Source of the DNA: a cyanobacterium endosymbiont of Braarudosphaera bigelowii
GTDB taxonomy: Bacteria; Cyanobacteriota; Cyanobacteriia; Cyanobacteriales; Microcystaceae
DNA: 32,000 bases
Assembly: GCF_020885515.1 (NCBI RefSeq)
Contig: NZ_AP024987.1
Span: 650,248-682,247 of the forward strand
Reading direction: 5' to 3'
This document shows positions 7,944 to 18,333 of this stretch, in pieces (position 1 is the stretch's first letter; every line of letters begins with the position of its first letter). The translations under genes and the position numbers were made by a program. The notes below the pieces were generated by a model, which saw only the letters and a program-made list of their open reading frames with translations, was not told the origin of the DNA and made no database searches.

Positions 7944-10832
7944 ATGACAAATCAACAAGATTTGCCTCTTTTAATTTTAATTGATGGTCATTCTTTAGCA
8001 TTTAGAGCTTATTATGCTTTTTCTAATTCTAGAAAAGGTCTACTCAAAACTTCTACAGGAATTCCAACTAGTATTTGTTTTGGATTTTTAAACTCATTAA
8101 TGCAAGTTATCAAATTAGAGAAACCTAAATATATAGGTATTGCATTTGATAGTAAAGAAAAAACATTTCGCCATAAATTCGATACTGAATATAAGGCAAA
8201 TCGTCCAGAAACTCCAGAAGATTTTATTATTGATATTAAAAATTTACAAAAAATATTAGAAATACTAGATATAGTTACGATTACCATGCCCGGATATGAA
8301 GCAGATGATATATTAGGTACACTAGCTGTAGAAGCAAGTAATAGAGGCTATCGTGTTAAAGTCCTCAGTGGTGATAAGGATCTTTTTCAACTAATTGATG
8401 ATACAAAAAATATAAGTATTCTTTACTTAGAAGGAAATAGGATTAAATCTTCCTCGGAAAGAAAATATACAGAAATGACCTCCACAACAGTTATAGAAAG
8501 ACTAGGGATAACATCGGATCAGGTTATTGACTATAAAGCATTATGTGGCGATAAATCAGATAATATTCCTGGAGTCAAAGGCATTGGTGAAAAAACAGCA
8601 GTTAAGCTCTTAACCCAATATAAAACATTAGAAGGCATCTATCACAATATTGAATATATTAAAGGCGCAAACCAAAAGAAACTCAAAGAAGGTAAGAAAG
8701 AAGCAGATCGCTCTCGTTATTTAGCCAAAATTATTATTAATTGCCCATTAGTTTTCGACATAGATGAATTTGAATTAAAAGGTTTTGATCAAAGTGCAGC
8801 ACAAAATCTTTTTGAAAAATTAGAACTGAAAACATTTAATGAAAATATTAATCAATTACAGGAAAAATTAGGTGGAAAATTTTCTCAGAAACTATTAAAA
8901 AAAACAGACCAGTTAATCAATAAAGATCAAGTACTAAATCATAGTAATAACCCTAAAAAAAATAGTAAAGAGATATGTATTAGGCCGCAAATTATCAGCA
9001 ATACACTTCAGTTGGATAAATTAGTTAATATACTTTTGAGTTATCAAAATAACAATTGTCCAATTGCTTGGGATATAGAAACAACAGACTTAAATCCCCA
9101 AAAGGCTGAATTAATAGGAATTGGATGCTGTTGGGGAGAAGAAGTAAACGATATTGCCTATATTCCTATAGGACATAAAGAAGGTAAACAATTAAGTAAA
9201 AAAGAAATTTTAGAAAAATTGCGGCCAATTCTTGAAAGCAACATTTATCCTAAAGTTTTTCAAAATACAAAGTTTGATCGTCTTGTTTTAGAGAATCAAG
9301 GTATTAATCTAGATGGAGTTGTTTTCGATACTATGCTAGCTAGCTATGTTATTAATCCTGATAATAGTCATAAATTAAGTAGTTTATGTAAACAATATTT
9401 AAATAATATTGTTTCTAAAGACTATTCAGAATTGGGAATTAATAAAAAACAAACTATTGCTGATTTAGATATTCTACAGGTTGCTGATTATTGTGGAATG
9501 GATGCTTACAGCACTTTTTTGCTAGTAAAACCATTAAAAGAAAAGCTCAAGAAATTTCCATCTTTAGAGCAGTTATTTTCAAAAGTAGAACAATCTTTGG
9601 AAATAGTTTTATCAAAAATGGAAAGCCAAGGTATTCTTATTGATATAGATTATTTAAAAAATTTATCTAAAGAAATTAAAAGCAATTTGTTTTCTCTTGA
9701 AGAGAAAATCTATGAAGAAGCTGAAGAAAAATTTAATTTAGGATCACCTAAGCAGTTAAGTAAAATTTTATTTGAAAAGTTACAGCTAAGTACTAAAAAA
9801 TCTAAAAAAATAATAACTGGATATTCAACTGATCATGCTACTTTAGAAAAATTAAAAGGCGATCATTCAATTATTGATCATCTTTTAGAATACAGGACTT
9901 TATCTAAATTACAATCAACTTATATTGATACTTTACCAATACTAGTCGATAGGAAAACATGTCGAATACATACTAGTTTCAATCAATCTATTACTGCAAC
10001 GGGAAGATTATCTTCCTCCAATCCAAATTTACAAAATATTCCTATTAGAACTGAATTATCCCGTAAGATTAGAAAAGCCTTTATTCCTCCTAAAGAATGG
10101 TTATTAGTTTCAGCAGACTATTCACAAATTGAATTAAGAATTTTAGCTTATTTAAGTCAAGAACCTTTACTAGTAAACGCTTATTGCAACTATCAAGATA
10201 TTCATACTGTTACAGCACAGTTATTATTCGATAAAAAAGAAATTACGACAGAGGAAAGAAATTTAGGAAAAACTATTAATTTTGGTGTTATTTATGGAAT
10301 GGGTTCACAAAGGTTTGCAAGAGAAGCAGGCGTAACAATAGCTAAAGGAAAAGATTTTATTAAAAAGTATCATGAACGATATACAAAAGTATTTGAGTTC
10401 CTTGAAAATGTAAAAATAGAAGCTATCACAAAGGGATACGTCACAACAATATTAGGAAGAAGACGTTATTTTAACTTTTATAGTGATAGTTTGCGCAATT
10501 TATATGGATGTGACTCTAGTAAAATCAATTTAGAGGAACTAAAGTATAGTTATAAAGATTCTCAACTATTGAGAGCTGCTGCTAATGCTCCAATACAAGG
10601 TTCAAGTGCCGATATTATTAAAGTTGCAATGATTAAAATAGAGAAACTGTTAAAAAATTATCAAGCTAAATTACTATTACAAGTTCATGATGAGTTAGTA
10701 TTCGAGATACCTCTCGAAGAACTAGAAGAATTAAAGAATAAGATAAAACAAATTATGGAAAAATCTGTGGATTTAACTATTCCCTTGCTGGTAGAAGTAA
10801 AATCTGGAGTTAATTGGATGGAGGCTAAATAG
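7944..10832 (+). CDS. polA: DNA polymerase I
   Basis: 962-aa ORF. It has an N-terminal 5' nuclease domain (LILIDGHSLAFRAYYA). The 3'-5' exonuclease motifs are WDIETT, NTKFD and YCGMD. The polymerase motifs are A (ADYSQIELRILA), B (KTINFGVIYGM) and C (QVHDELVFE). Confidence 0.97.
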   Translation: MTNQQDLPLLILIDGHSLAFRAYYAFSNSRKGLLKTSTGIPTSICFGFLNSLMQVIKLEKPKYIGIAFDSKEKTFRHKFDTEYKANRPETPEDFIIDIKNLQKILEILDIVTITMPGYEADDILGTLAVEASNRGYRVKVLSGDKDLFQLIDDTKNISILYLEGNRIKSSSERKYTEMTSTTVIERLGITSDQVIDYKALCGDKSDNIPGVKGIGEKTAVKLLTQYKTLEGIYHNIEYIKGANQKKLKEGKKEADRSRYLAKIIINCPLVFDIDEFELKGFDQSAAQNLFEKLELKTFNENINQLQEKLGGKFSQKLLKKTDQLINKDQVLNHSNNPKKNSKEICIRPQIISNTLQLDKLVNILLSYQNNNCPIAWDIETTDLNPQKAELIGIGCCWGEEVNDIAYIPIGHKEGKQLSKKEILEKLRPILESNIYPKVFQNTKFDRLVLENQGINLDGVVFDTMLASYVINPDNSHKLSSLCKQYLNNIVSKDYSELGINKKQTIADLDILQVADYCGMDAYSTFLLVKPLKEKLKKFPSLEQLFSKVEQSLEIVLSKMESQGILIDIDYLKNLSKEIKSNLFSLEEKIYEEAEEKFNLGSPKQLSKILFEKLQLSTKKSKKIITGYSTDHATLEKLKGDHSIIDHLLEYRTLSKLQSTYIDTLPILVDRKTCRIHTSFNQSITATGRLSSSNPNLQNIPIRTELSRKIRKAFIPPKEWLLVSADYSQIELRILAYLSQEPLLVNAYCNYQDIHTVTAQLLFDKKEITTEERNLGKTINFGVIYGMGSQRFAREAGVTIAKGKDFIKKYHERYTKVFEFLENVKIEAITKGYVTTILGRRRYFNFYSDSLRNLYGCDSSKINLEELKYSYKDSQLLRAAANAPIQGSSADIIKVAMIKIEKLLKNYQAKLLLQVHDELVFEIPLEELEELKNKIKQIMEKSVDLTIPLLVEVKSGVNWMEAK

Positions 10833-11182
10833 ATTCAACTACTATACTACAAAATATAGTTTTACTTAAAATCTTCAATATACAAGATAAGGAATTTAAA
10901 ACAGAAAGAGGTTTATTAGTTTTTATTAATAGTAAATAACAATGATATTGTTTACTTAAGTTATATTAAGCTTTAAAATAAACTTGTAAAATACATTTCT
11001 AAAAATTAATAAGTGTACACCATCTAACTTTAACAAAACAGTTTAATCTTAATATATAGTTGTTTAGATTACTAATAATATAAAGTTAGATTGTTAAACA
11101 GTTAATTTAAAAAAATTTCTATGTATTTTAAATTTCTTTAACTTTTCACAATAAAAGAGTTAATCATAGGTAACTATCATAT

Positions 11183-11794
11183 ATGTTAGGACAAGACTGG
11201 TTAGTAAAAAATAATGGTAAGTTAATATCGCTTAATTCACCTCGAGATTGGGATTTATTAAACCCGTCTTCTCCTTATCGACTATATCAGTTTTTAATAG
11301 AGCTAGATAATATAATGAGTGACGTTGATAGAGGAAAGGAAATTGAAGAGAAATATCTCTTAAGATTGAGACATTTAACCAGAAAGTTAATAGTTAATAC
11401 TCCTTGGATTAGCAATAATCTATCCACCTCTAATATATCAGCACTATATGATGAGCCAGGTTATCCATACACTCTTCAGAGAGAAATTATGCTTCCTGGT
11501 AGTAGTACATTTATTCATAATCATGGAACTTGGGCAATTGTAGCAACATTACAAGGAATGCAAAAAAATATTTTATGGGAACCTTTTCCAGCTCTAGAAT
11601 ATCCCCATAAAATTAGAAAAACTTATGAAAAAGTTTTTCAACCTGGGGATATCGTAAGTTTTACAAATGATGCCATTCATTCTGTTGAAGCTGTAGGTGA
11701 GGAACCAAGTGTTACTTTAAATATTTATGGAGAAACTGATGCATTGAAGAGATTAAAATTTGATATTGATCATAATTGTTCTTATCGCTTTTAG
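11183..11794 (+). CDS. Cupin-fold protein, cysteine-dioxygenase-type-I-like
   Basis: The 203-aa ORF has cupin motif 1, FIHNHGTWAIVATLQG, and motif 2, PGDIVSF...AIHSVEAVG. Function was not established from sequence alone. Confidence 0.7.
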   Translation: MLGQDWLVKNNGKLISLNSPRDWDLLNPSSPYRLYQFLIELDNIMSDVDRGKEIEEKYLLRLRHLTRKLIVNTPWISNNLSTSNISALYDEPGYPYTLQREIMLPGSSTFIHNHGTWAIVATLQGMQKNILWEPFPALEYPHKIRKTYEKVFQPGDIVSFTNDAIHSVEAVGEEPSVTLNIYGETDALKRLKFDIDHNCSYRF

Positions 11795-11805
11795 AAGGTT
11801 TCTAA

Positions 11806-12012
11806 CTATAGTATTTTTTTAAATTTATCAAAATATAAAGGTACTGCAACAAGACTTAACTTTAATATCCATGGAGCAAGTACGAGAGTTATAAATAATG
11901 ATAATAATGCAAGACATCCCATAGAAACTTTAACTATATCTTCTTTTAGATTGAGACTCAAAAAAGCAGACATTGAAGCAATACCTAAGGTAATTAAAGA
12001 AGTGACTAACAT
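11806..12012 (-). CDS. Hypothetical small membrane protein (2 predicted TM helices)
   Basis: The 68-aa ATG ORF has two hydrophobic stretches and lies convergent to the cupin gene, 11 bp away. I recognise no homology, and it could be a chance ORF. Confidence 0.35.
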   Translation of the reverse strand: MLVTSLITLGIASMSAFLSLNLKEDIVKVSMGCLALLSLFITLVLAPWILKLSLVAVPLYFDKFKKIL

Positions 12013-12360
12013 TTTTTATGCTACCTCATAGTTACTTGTAGTATTGAAAGCTTTCGATTAAGAAAAATCTGATTTGTAGCTTTTTTAAACATAGTTATTT
12101 TTTAAGGCACCATGCAGTGCTAATAAATAGTTCTTATGCTAGTAACGCTACACAATTCTTAATACAAGTGTCAAGTTAAAGTATGAATATAGTTTAGATA
12201 CTTATAAATAGAAAAAAAATTGTACTTTCATATCTCAATTAATTTTTTAAGGTCTTTGTCATACTAACTATTAGAGCTAAAGTTGAATCAATTTTACTAA
12301 TATCGAATATTAACCATTTTGTTTTTTAGAATGTTGTATTTAATAAAAAGTAGTTTGTAT

Positions 12361-12389
12361 TTTATGATTGATTTCCAGTCAATCATAAA
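12361..12389 (-). terminator. 3' stem-loop overlapping the ribE stop codon
   Basis: TTTATGATTGA / TCAATCATAAA form an 11-bp perfect stem with a 7-nt loop. The ribE stop codon (12383-12385) lies inside one arm. Confidence 0.45.
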
Positions 12390-13078
12390 TATCCTTGCTT
12401 TACTAAAAAATCTGAACTGATATCTGAATTAATGTTAGATTTTTTAGATATTAAAGTTTTACTGATAAATTTCTCTACATATTTGCCTAAAATATCTCCT
12501 TCAATATTTACTAAATCACCAGGTTTTAGATAACAGAGATTAGTATGTGTATAGGTATGAGGTATTACTGCAATTGTAAACCAAGTTCCTGATAGATCAC
12601 ATTCAGCTATAGTCAAACTGATACCATTAACAGCTATACTTCCTTTTGTAATCAAATATGGTTGAATAAAATCAGACCATTCTTGGACTCTTGAATACGG
12701 AGCTGCAAAAGTTAGTTCCCAAGCTTTATTAGTGGGAGTGCAACTTACTAAAGAGCCTATTCCGTCTACGTGACCAGTAACAAAGTGACCACCTAATTTG
12801 CTCCCTACACATAATGAAGACTCTAAATTAACATAATTGGTAGTTTTTACTTTTTGAGATAAATTAGTTCTTTGTAAAGTTTCAGAAGAAACAGTGGCGA
12901 TAAAACCATCTTCTGTTAAGTTTTCTGCCGTTAAACATACACCATCTACAGCTATGCTATCTCCTATTGATAAAGTGGATAAAATACTTGTAGTAGAGGG
13001 TTTTAAAACGGTAAGAATAAAACGATTAGATTCAAGAGAATCCATCATACCAAGATTTTCAATCAAACCAGTAAACAT
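12383..13078 (-). CDS. ribE: Riboflavin synthase (alpha chain)
   Basis: The 231-aa ORF starts MFTGLIE and shows the duplicated lumazine-binding repeat pattern (GDSIAVDGVCLT / GSIAVNGISLT). Confidence 0.93.
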   Translation of the reverse strand: MFTGLIENLGMMDSLESNRFILTVLKPSTTSILSTLSIGDSIAVDGVCLTAENLTEDGFIATVSSETLQRTNLSQKVKTTNYVNLESSLCVGSKLGGHFVTGHVDGIGSLVSCTPTNKAWELTFAAPYSRVQEWSDFIQPYLITKGSIAVNGISLTIAECDLSGTWFTIAVIPHTYTHTNLCYLKPGDLVNIEGDILGKYVEKFISKTLISKKSNINSDISSDFLVKQGYL

Positions 13079-13504
13079 TTCTGTAATTATTAAAAAAGTT
13101 ATCTATATTTTGATATGTAGTACGAATATAACTTATTATCCCAAAAAAAGTATTCAACTATTATTAGGTTCATTAATTAGCTCAAATAAATCTAGTATGT
13201 ATTATGAAAAATATGTATATCACAATTATTAGATAATCTTCATTATGAACTATGAAATTTTTCAAACAAATAACTCAGTTTTAAGTATTTCTTAATTAGA
13301 AAATATTCAGTGTAAGATTAAATTATTTTCCAATCATATATAAACAACTAAAACGGTTCTAAATGTTAATAATAAATACTCTAGATAGCAGAATGTTTAC
13401 TTATATTTCTATACTATAAGTATAGTTTACTGATTTAAGAGAAATGTCTATATTAATCTATAGAATAAAGATTTGAAGATACATGGTTGTATATATGATT
13501 CCCG

Positions 13505-14773
13505 TTAAGTAATTTGTTTTTTCTTTATTCTTTTTCCAATTACGTTAGCATCTATATTGTAATAACTTGCTGCTTGTGAATTATTAAAGCTTAATCTCTC
13601 TTCATCCTTTAACCTGTATCGAACAACTGGTTTAATAGGTAATATATCTAAAGCTTTAATAATTTCTTTGGCGATAGCTCTTGCTAATAAAGGGGGTACT
13701 GAATTACCAACTTGTCGAAATCCATGCCACTTAGTCACATGAAATCTAAACCAATCAGGATAAGAATGCAATCTTGCAGCTTCTCTGACAGTAATACATC
13801 TAGGAGTAAAGGGATGAATAGGTCGAGGAGATGTGTATGATCCTCTATTACTAGGTGTTCCAGCTCTTAAAGTATTACAAAAACCTTCTGGGTGCAATTT
13901 GAAAAATCTGCTAATAGGTTCCTTTTGACCTTGAGGGGTTTTTTGAAATCTTTCAATCAATTTTTTTGTGTGCTTTGTTCTTAAACTGGAAGTTAAAAGA
14001 TTCTTATCATATATTCTTTGATAAGAAAAATTATCACTGGAGTTAAGAATACTTTGAACATAATCATTATGTTCAAAGTAGTTAACTTTAATCCAATCCT
14101 TGTAGTTTAGCTCTGGATAATAGTTAACTTCAGGTAAATTACTGATAGCTTGACTTACTGTTGGAGTAAAAGGAATAGTGAAATTTACGTTTCTTTCGTA
14201 ATTAGTCAAAAATTGAGGATATTTAGGAAGAGGTAAATTTGATTTTGCTCCTAGAAGAAAAAGTCTTTTTCTTATTTGTGGAACTCCGTAGTTAGCAGAA
14301 TTCAATATTCTATAATTTGTTTGGATCTGATAATTATTGGCATTGAATTTATTAAATATTTCTTCTAAGAATATTTGATTATTTTTCGTAGCCATACCAG
14401 GAACATTTTCAATTACAAAGTACTTAGGCTGTAATTCTAGAACTAAGCGAATAAAATGTTTAACTAAATCATTACGACTATCTTTTGGATCTCGTTTACC
14501 TATCGAAGAAAAACCTTGACAAGGTGGACCGCCAAAAACAACATCAATATCCCTATCTCCAATATGAGATAAATTTTTAATTGTCATAGCATTTATTATA
14601 GAAACATCAGAACATATAGTTGTCCAAAATGGAAAATTATATTGATGAACAGCACAGTGAATTGGATCAATTTCTATAGCTCCTAAAACATCAAATCCAG
14701 CTTGTTCAAAACCAAGTGTCATTCCTCCCACACCGGCGAATAAGTCAATAGCAATAGGACGTTTTTGATTCAT
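13505..14773 (-). CDS. DNA (cytosine-5)-methyltransferase, solitary
   Basis: The 422-aa ORF has motifs I DLFAGVGG, IV GGPPCQGFS, VI IENVPGM, VIII QIRKRLFLLG, IX TVREAARLHSYPDWF and X GNSVPP in canonical order. No partner endonuclease ORF is adjacent. Confidence 0.93.
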   Translation of the reverse strand: MNQKRPIAIDLFAGVGGMTLGFEQAGFDVLGAIEIDPIHCAVHQYNFPFWTTICSDVSIINAMTIKNLSHIGDRDIDVVFGGPPCQGFSSIGKRDPKDSRNDLVKHFIRLVLELQPKYFVIENVPGMATKNNQIFLEEIFNKFNANNYQIQTNYRILNSANYGVPQIRKRLFLLGAKSNLPLPKYPQFLTNYERNVNFTIPFTPTVSQAISNLPEVNYYPELNYKDWIKVNYFEHNDYVQSILNSSDNFSYQRIYDKNLLTSSLRTKHTKKLIERFQKTPQGQKEPISRFFKLHPEGFCNTLRAGTPSNRGSYTSPRPIHPFTPRCITVREAARLHSYPDWFRFHVTKWHGFRQVGNSVPPLLARAIAKEIIKALDILPIKPVVRYRLKDEERLSFNNSQAASYYNIDANVIGKRIKKKQIT

Positions 14774-14961
14774 ATAATTATTCTGATAATGTAGAAAAAT
14801 TAATATTGATAAGTTAGTCTAAATCAATTTTTATATTTTTAGTAATTATATTGAACATAAAAACTATTAATCTATTAAAGTTTTTTAGTAAATTGATATC
14901 TTGAATAGGTTAACAGGAAAATTTTTGGGATATATACCTTAGAGTTATTTCAATAAATAAA

Positions 14962-16212
14962 TTATCCATCTTCTAATAATCTATTTTTTTCTTTTAAAAA
15001 TTTAATTGCTTCCTGATACTGTATGTCTTTTACTGTTGCAATCTCATCATAAGTAAGTGGCCCTTCTGAAATAAATCTATCCGGTTGAATACCTAATTTA
15101 TGAATATTTCTATGATTAGGAGTTTCGTATCTAGCTACAGTAATAGCTAAGCTAGAATTATCAGACAATTCAAATAAAGATTGAATTAGACCTTTCCCAA
15201 AAGTTCTTTCACCCAACAATATTGCTCTTTTGCTATCTTGTAAAGCTCCTGCCAGGATTTCACTAGAACTTGCAGTACCTTTGTTAACCAATAAAACTAA
15301 TGGAGCATTTGTTAATGGTGTTCCAAAAGAACTAAAACTATCCTGAATACCTTGACGATTGATAGTATAAACTATCGTCCCTTTATTCATCCATAGACGA
15401 GCAATATCAATTCCGCCTTGTAAAAGTCCTCCGGGATTATCTCTTAAATCCAAAATATAAGATTTTGCACCTTCTTTCCTAAGCTTCTCAATGGCCTTTT
15501 TCATTTCTTCAGCAGCATTTGCACTAAATTTATCTAAACGAATATAACCAATAAATAAATTAGGTAAAGTTTTTTCTATATTGACTATTAAAGGACTTAA
15601 AGATATATGCTTACGAATAATCTTATTTTGATATATTTTTTTATCTTGAGAAGAAAATATAGTTAAAGTAATTTCTGTACCAATTGGTCCGCGCATTTTT
15701 TCAGCAGCTTGATCTAAGGTTAAGCTATTAGTACTGATACCGTCAATTTCTAGAACCAAATCATGTGATCTAATACCAGCAAAATATGCAGGAGAGTTTT
15801 TAAGAGAAGAGACAACTTCTAAGTCGCCAGTTTTAGAATTAACTTGAATTCGTAAACCTACTCCTAATAATTCTCCTGAAGTCTCAATTTGTAGGTTATG
15901 GTATTGTTCTGGCCTCAGTAAACGAGTAAAAGGTTCGTCAAGTGTGATTAGCATTTCATCAATTGCCTTATAAGTATCTTCTCGTGTCTTGAGAGAATAC
16001 TTTAATAAATCTTGTCTTACTAAATGCCAATTTTGATGATTAAAAGTGTCATCTAAATAAGATGTGTTCAGTAAATCCCAAGATTCTAATAATAATTTTT
16101 GATTTTTAGTGAGAGCATAAGCATCGGCAGTTAAAATAAAGTAACTATAAAGAATTAGAGTAACAAAAAAAAATATAAATTTAGAAAAATTTCCTTTCAT
16201 AAGATCAGTCAA
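14962..16212 (-). CDS. Carboxyl-terminal processing protease (S41, Ctp family) with PDZ domain
   Basis: The 416-aa ORF has a signal-like N-terminus, a PDZ domain (GVGLRI...SPAYFAGIRSHDLVLEIDG), the catalytic Ser region GTASSSEILAGAL and the Lys region TFGKGLIQ. The track start is TTG 16212, and ATG 16200 (MKGNF...) is equally or more likely. The paralogue (CtpA/B/C) cannot be assigned. Confidence 0.9.
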   Translation of the reverse strand: MTDLMKGNFSKFIFFFVTLILYSYFILTADAYALTKNQKLLLESWDLLNTSYLDDTFNHQNWHLVRQDLLKYSLKTREDTYKAIDEMLITLDEPFTRLLRPEQYHNLQIETSGELLGVGLRIQVNSKTGDLEVVSSLKNSPAYFAGIRSHDLVLEIDGISTNSLTLDQAAEKMRGPIGTEITLTIFSSQDKKIYQNKIIRKHISLSPLIVNIEKTLPNLFIGYIRLDKFSANAAEEMKKAIEKLRKEGAKSYILDLRDNPGGLLQGGIDIARLWMNKGTIVYTINRQGIQDSFSSFGTPLTNAPLVLLVNKGTASSSEILAGALQDSKRAILLGERTFGKGLIQSLFELSDNSSLAITVARYETPNHRNIHKLGIQPDRFISEGPLTYDEIATVKDIQYQEAIKFLKEKNRLLEDG

Positions 16213-16639
16213 AACAAAGTTTTTAGATGTAGAAAATATATTTTAACCTGGCCAAAAAATATTATAATTAAAATATCGTATTAATAAATATTGCTTGGAC
16301 TTATTGTTATTCATACGATAGTAAAGATGCAACAATCCTAATTTAGAATAATATTCTTTTATCAGAATAAAAGGCTACTATTGATTAACTAAGCTTATAA
16401 AAATTTGAAATAAATACTAATATTTATGTCTATGCTCAAGTTTCGTTGCAATATAATCTATTGTAAGACTTTATCGTTACTATTCATCCATTATGTAAAA
16501 ACTAAAATACTATCTTAAATAAAAACTCTATAATTTTATTCACTAGTTTTACATACTATATAAACTAGAATAAATTTTATTTTATAGAATATGGTAGATA
16601 TAATAAGATCTATAAACTTTTGAGAGAAGAGATTAGAAA

Positions 16640-17530
16640 GTGTCAATTAATTTTCAGGAAATTATTACAAAATTGAGTAATTTTTGGAGTAGCTATGGTT
16701 GTCTAATTTTACAGCCTTATGATATTGAAAAAGGTGCAGGAACTATGAATCCTAGTACATTTCTTAGAGCTATTGGTCCAGAACCCTGGTCAGTAGCATA
16801 TGTGGAACCTTGTCGCCGTCCAACAGATGGTCGTTACGGCAAAAATCCTAACCGTTTTCAATATTATTTTCAGTACCAGGTGTTAATTAAGCCGTCTCTA
16901 GATAATATTCAAGAAGTCTATTTGGAATCTCTTAAAGCATTAGGTATTAAACCTCAAGATCATGATATTCGTTTTGTAGAAGATAATTGGGAATCGCCTA
17001 CTTTAGGTGCATGGGGCGTGGGCTGGGAAGTATGGCTTGATGGGATGGAGGTTACTCAATTTACTTACTTTCAACAATGTGGAGGAAAAGATTGTTATCC
17101 AACTCCTATAGAAATAACTTATGGCTTAGAAAGATTAGCAATGTATTTACAGGAGGTAGAGGTAATTACTGATATTCAATGGAATGAAAGTATCAACTAT
17201 GGAGATATATTTCTACAAAGTGAAATAGAACAGTGCATATATAACTTTGAGGTATCTAATTCTGATTTACTATTTCAATTATTCAACTTATATGAAAAAG
17301 AGGCTGAAAGATTAATTTCTAAAAAATTAGTTTCTCCTAGTTTAGACTATGTTTTAAAGTGTTCTCATTCATTTAATCTATTAGATGCTAGAGGAGTAAT
17401 TTCAGTAGCAGAAAGAACTCTTTATATAGCTCGCATTCGTTCTTTAGCTAAAGAAATTGCCGACTTATACTTGGAGCAGAGAAGAAATCTTGATTTTCCT
17501 TTATTACATAAAGATATTAACTACTTTTAA
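16640..17530 (+). CDS. glyQ: Glycine--tRNA ligase alpha subunit
   Basis: The 296-aa ORF starts at GTG and has the canonical N-terminus [24 protein letters not shown], plus RRPTDGRYG and [20 protein letters not shown]. Confidence 0.97.
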   Translation: MSINFQEIITKLSNFWSSYGCLILQPYDIEKGAGTMNPSTFLRAIGPEPWSVAYVEPCRRPTDGRYGKNPNRFQYYFQYQVLIKPSLDNIQEVYLESLKALGIKPQDHDIRFVEDNWESPTLGAWGVGWEVWLDGMEVTQFTYFQQCGGKDCYPTPIEITYGLERLAMYLQEVEVITDIQWNESINYGDIFLQSEIEQCIYNFEVSNSDLLFQLFNLYEKEAERLISKKLVSPSLDYVLKCSHSFNLLDARGVISVAERTLYIARIRSLAKEIADLYLEQRRNLDFPLLHKDINYF

Positions 17531-17694
17531 CAGGATATTGACTTATAAAATCTTATTAATAAAATTGTAGAATACAATTACTCTTTATTAAAAAATAAAG
17601 TGTTCATAGTCAATAAATTATATATAGGCAATACCTCAACACTTAAATAAACTAATAATAATGGTTTTCAAGAATTAAAAAAATTTCTGAATAA

Positions 17695-18333
17695 TTACTT
17701 CCCTCGAATTGTAGAGTAGAGAGAAAGCTTCACAACTTTAGCTAACCCATTTTTTTGTTCTACTTTCTTCAAATTTTTAATTTTAGTTTCCAATTCTTTT
17801 ACTACACTGGAATATTCCCAAATCTTACGTTGATTAGTTAAAATAGTAATACTTTTATAAGTTAAATTTGTTCCGTTTTTTTGTTTGTAATCATCAGCAT
17901 GGTTCGTAATATCTTTTTTTAAAATTTCTTTTTCTTTTTCTAATTTATCTATTAAATTGCATATTTCTAAATATCTATCAATTTTTTGATGAAATGATAA
18001 GGATATAGAGTTAGGTATCTTTTCAGTATCTATTTGATTTTTATCTTGATTCCGAAAAGGTGTATAGAAAATAAGATACTCTGCTTCTATGTCTTCTAAT
18101 TCTGTCTGATTACAAAGCAAGTAGTGGATTTTGTAGATATTATTTTGATACAAATTTGATAAATCATAATTTAATAAATATTGCTTAAGATTCGTAGATT
18201 TGCTTACATAATATACATATCCAGATTTATTAGCCATTAAACAAATACCTATTTTTTCTGGTAATTTAGTTAAATTATCTAAGCTAACTGCTTTTAAATC
18301 TTCTAATAAAGGTAAATTTTGTAAGTTAGACAT
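17695..18333 (-). CDS. Hypothetical protein with degenerate GIY-YIG-like N-terminal domain and coiled-coil C-terminal half
   Basis: GICLMANKSGYVYYVSKSTNLKQY...IHYLLCNQTELEDIEAEYLIFYTPFRN fits the GIY-(x9-11)-YVG...NL...E...N spacing. The first Tyr is Cys, and the Arg after NLK is Tyr. The preferred start is ATG 18333 with GGAGA 8-9 nt upstream, while the track uses TTG 18372. Confidence 0.6.
   Translation of the reverse strand: MSNLQNLPLLEDLKAVSLDNLTKLPEKIGICLMANKSGYVYYVSKSTNLKQYLLNYDLSNLYQNNIYKIHYLLCNQTELEDIEAEYLIFYTPFRNQDKNQIDTEKIPNSISLSFHQKIDRYLEICNLIDKLEKEKEILKKDITNHADDYKQKNGTNLTYKSITILTNQRKIWEYSSVVKELETKIKNLKKVEQKNGLAKVVKLSLYSTIRGK

Noticed and set aside
10931-10956. Bulged hairpin ~100 nt downstream of polA as its terminator
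   Set aside because: It has only 5+5 AT-rich base pairs interrupted by a 3-nt bulge, and no U-tract. That is too weak to call.
10996-11012. 17-nt exact repeat TTTCTAAAAATTAATAA shared with 25437-25453, both upstream of plus-strand genes
   Set aside because: In about 7 kb of ~80% A+T spacer, roughly one such match is expected by chance (my rough estimate is about 0.5). The distances to the downstream starts differ (~170 versus ~35 nt) and the flanks do not align.
13505-14773. Methyltransferase as part of a complete restriction-modification or other defence system
   Set aside because: There is no endonuclease, specificity subunit, helicase or other defence-type ORF within several kb on either side, and the neighbours are housekeeping genes. 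It is reported only as an orphan MTase.
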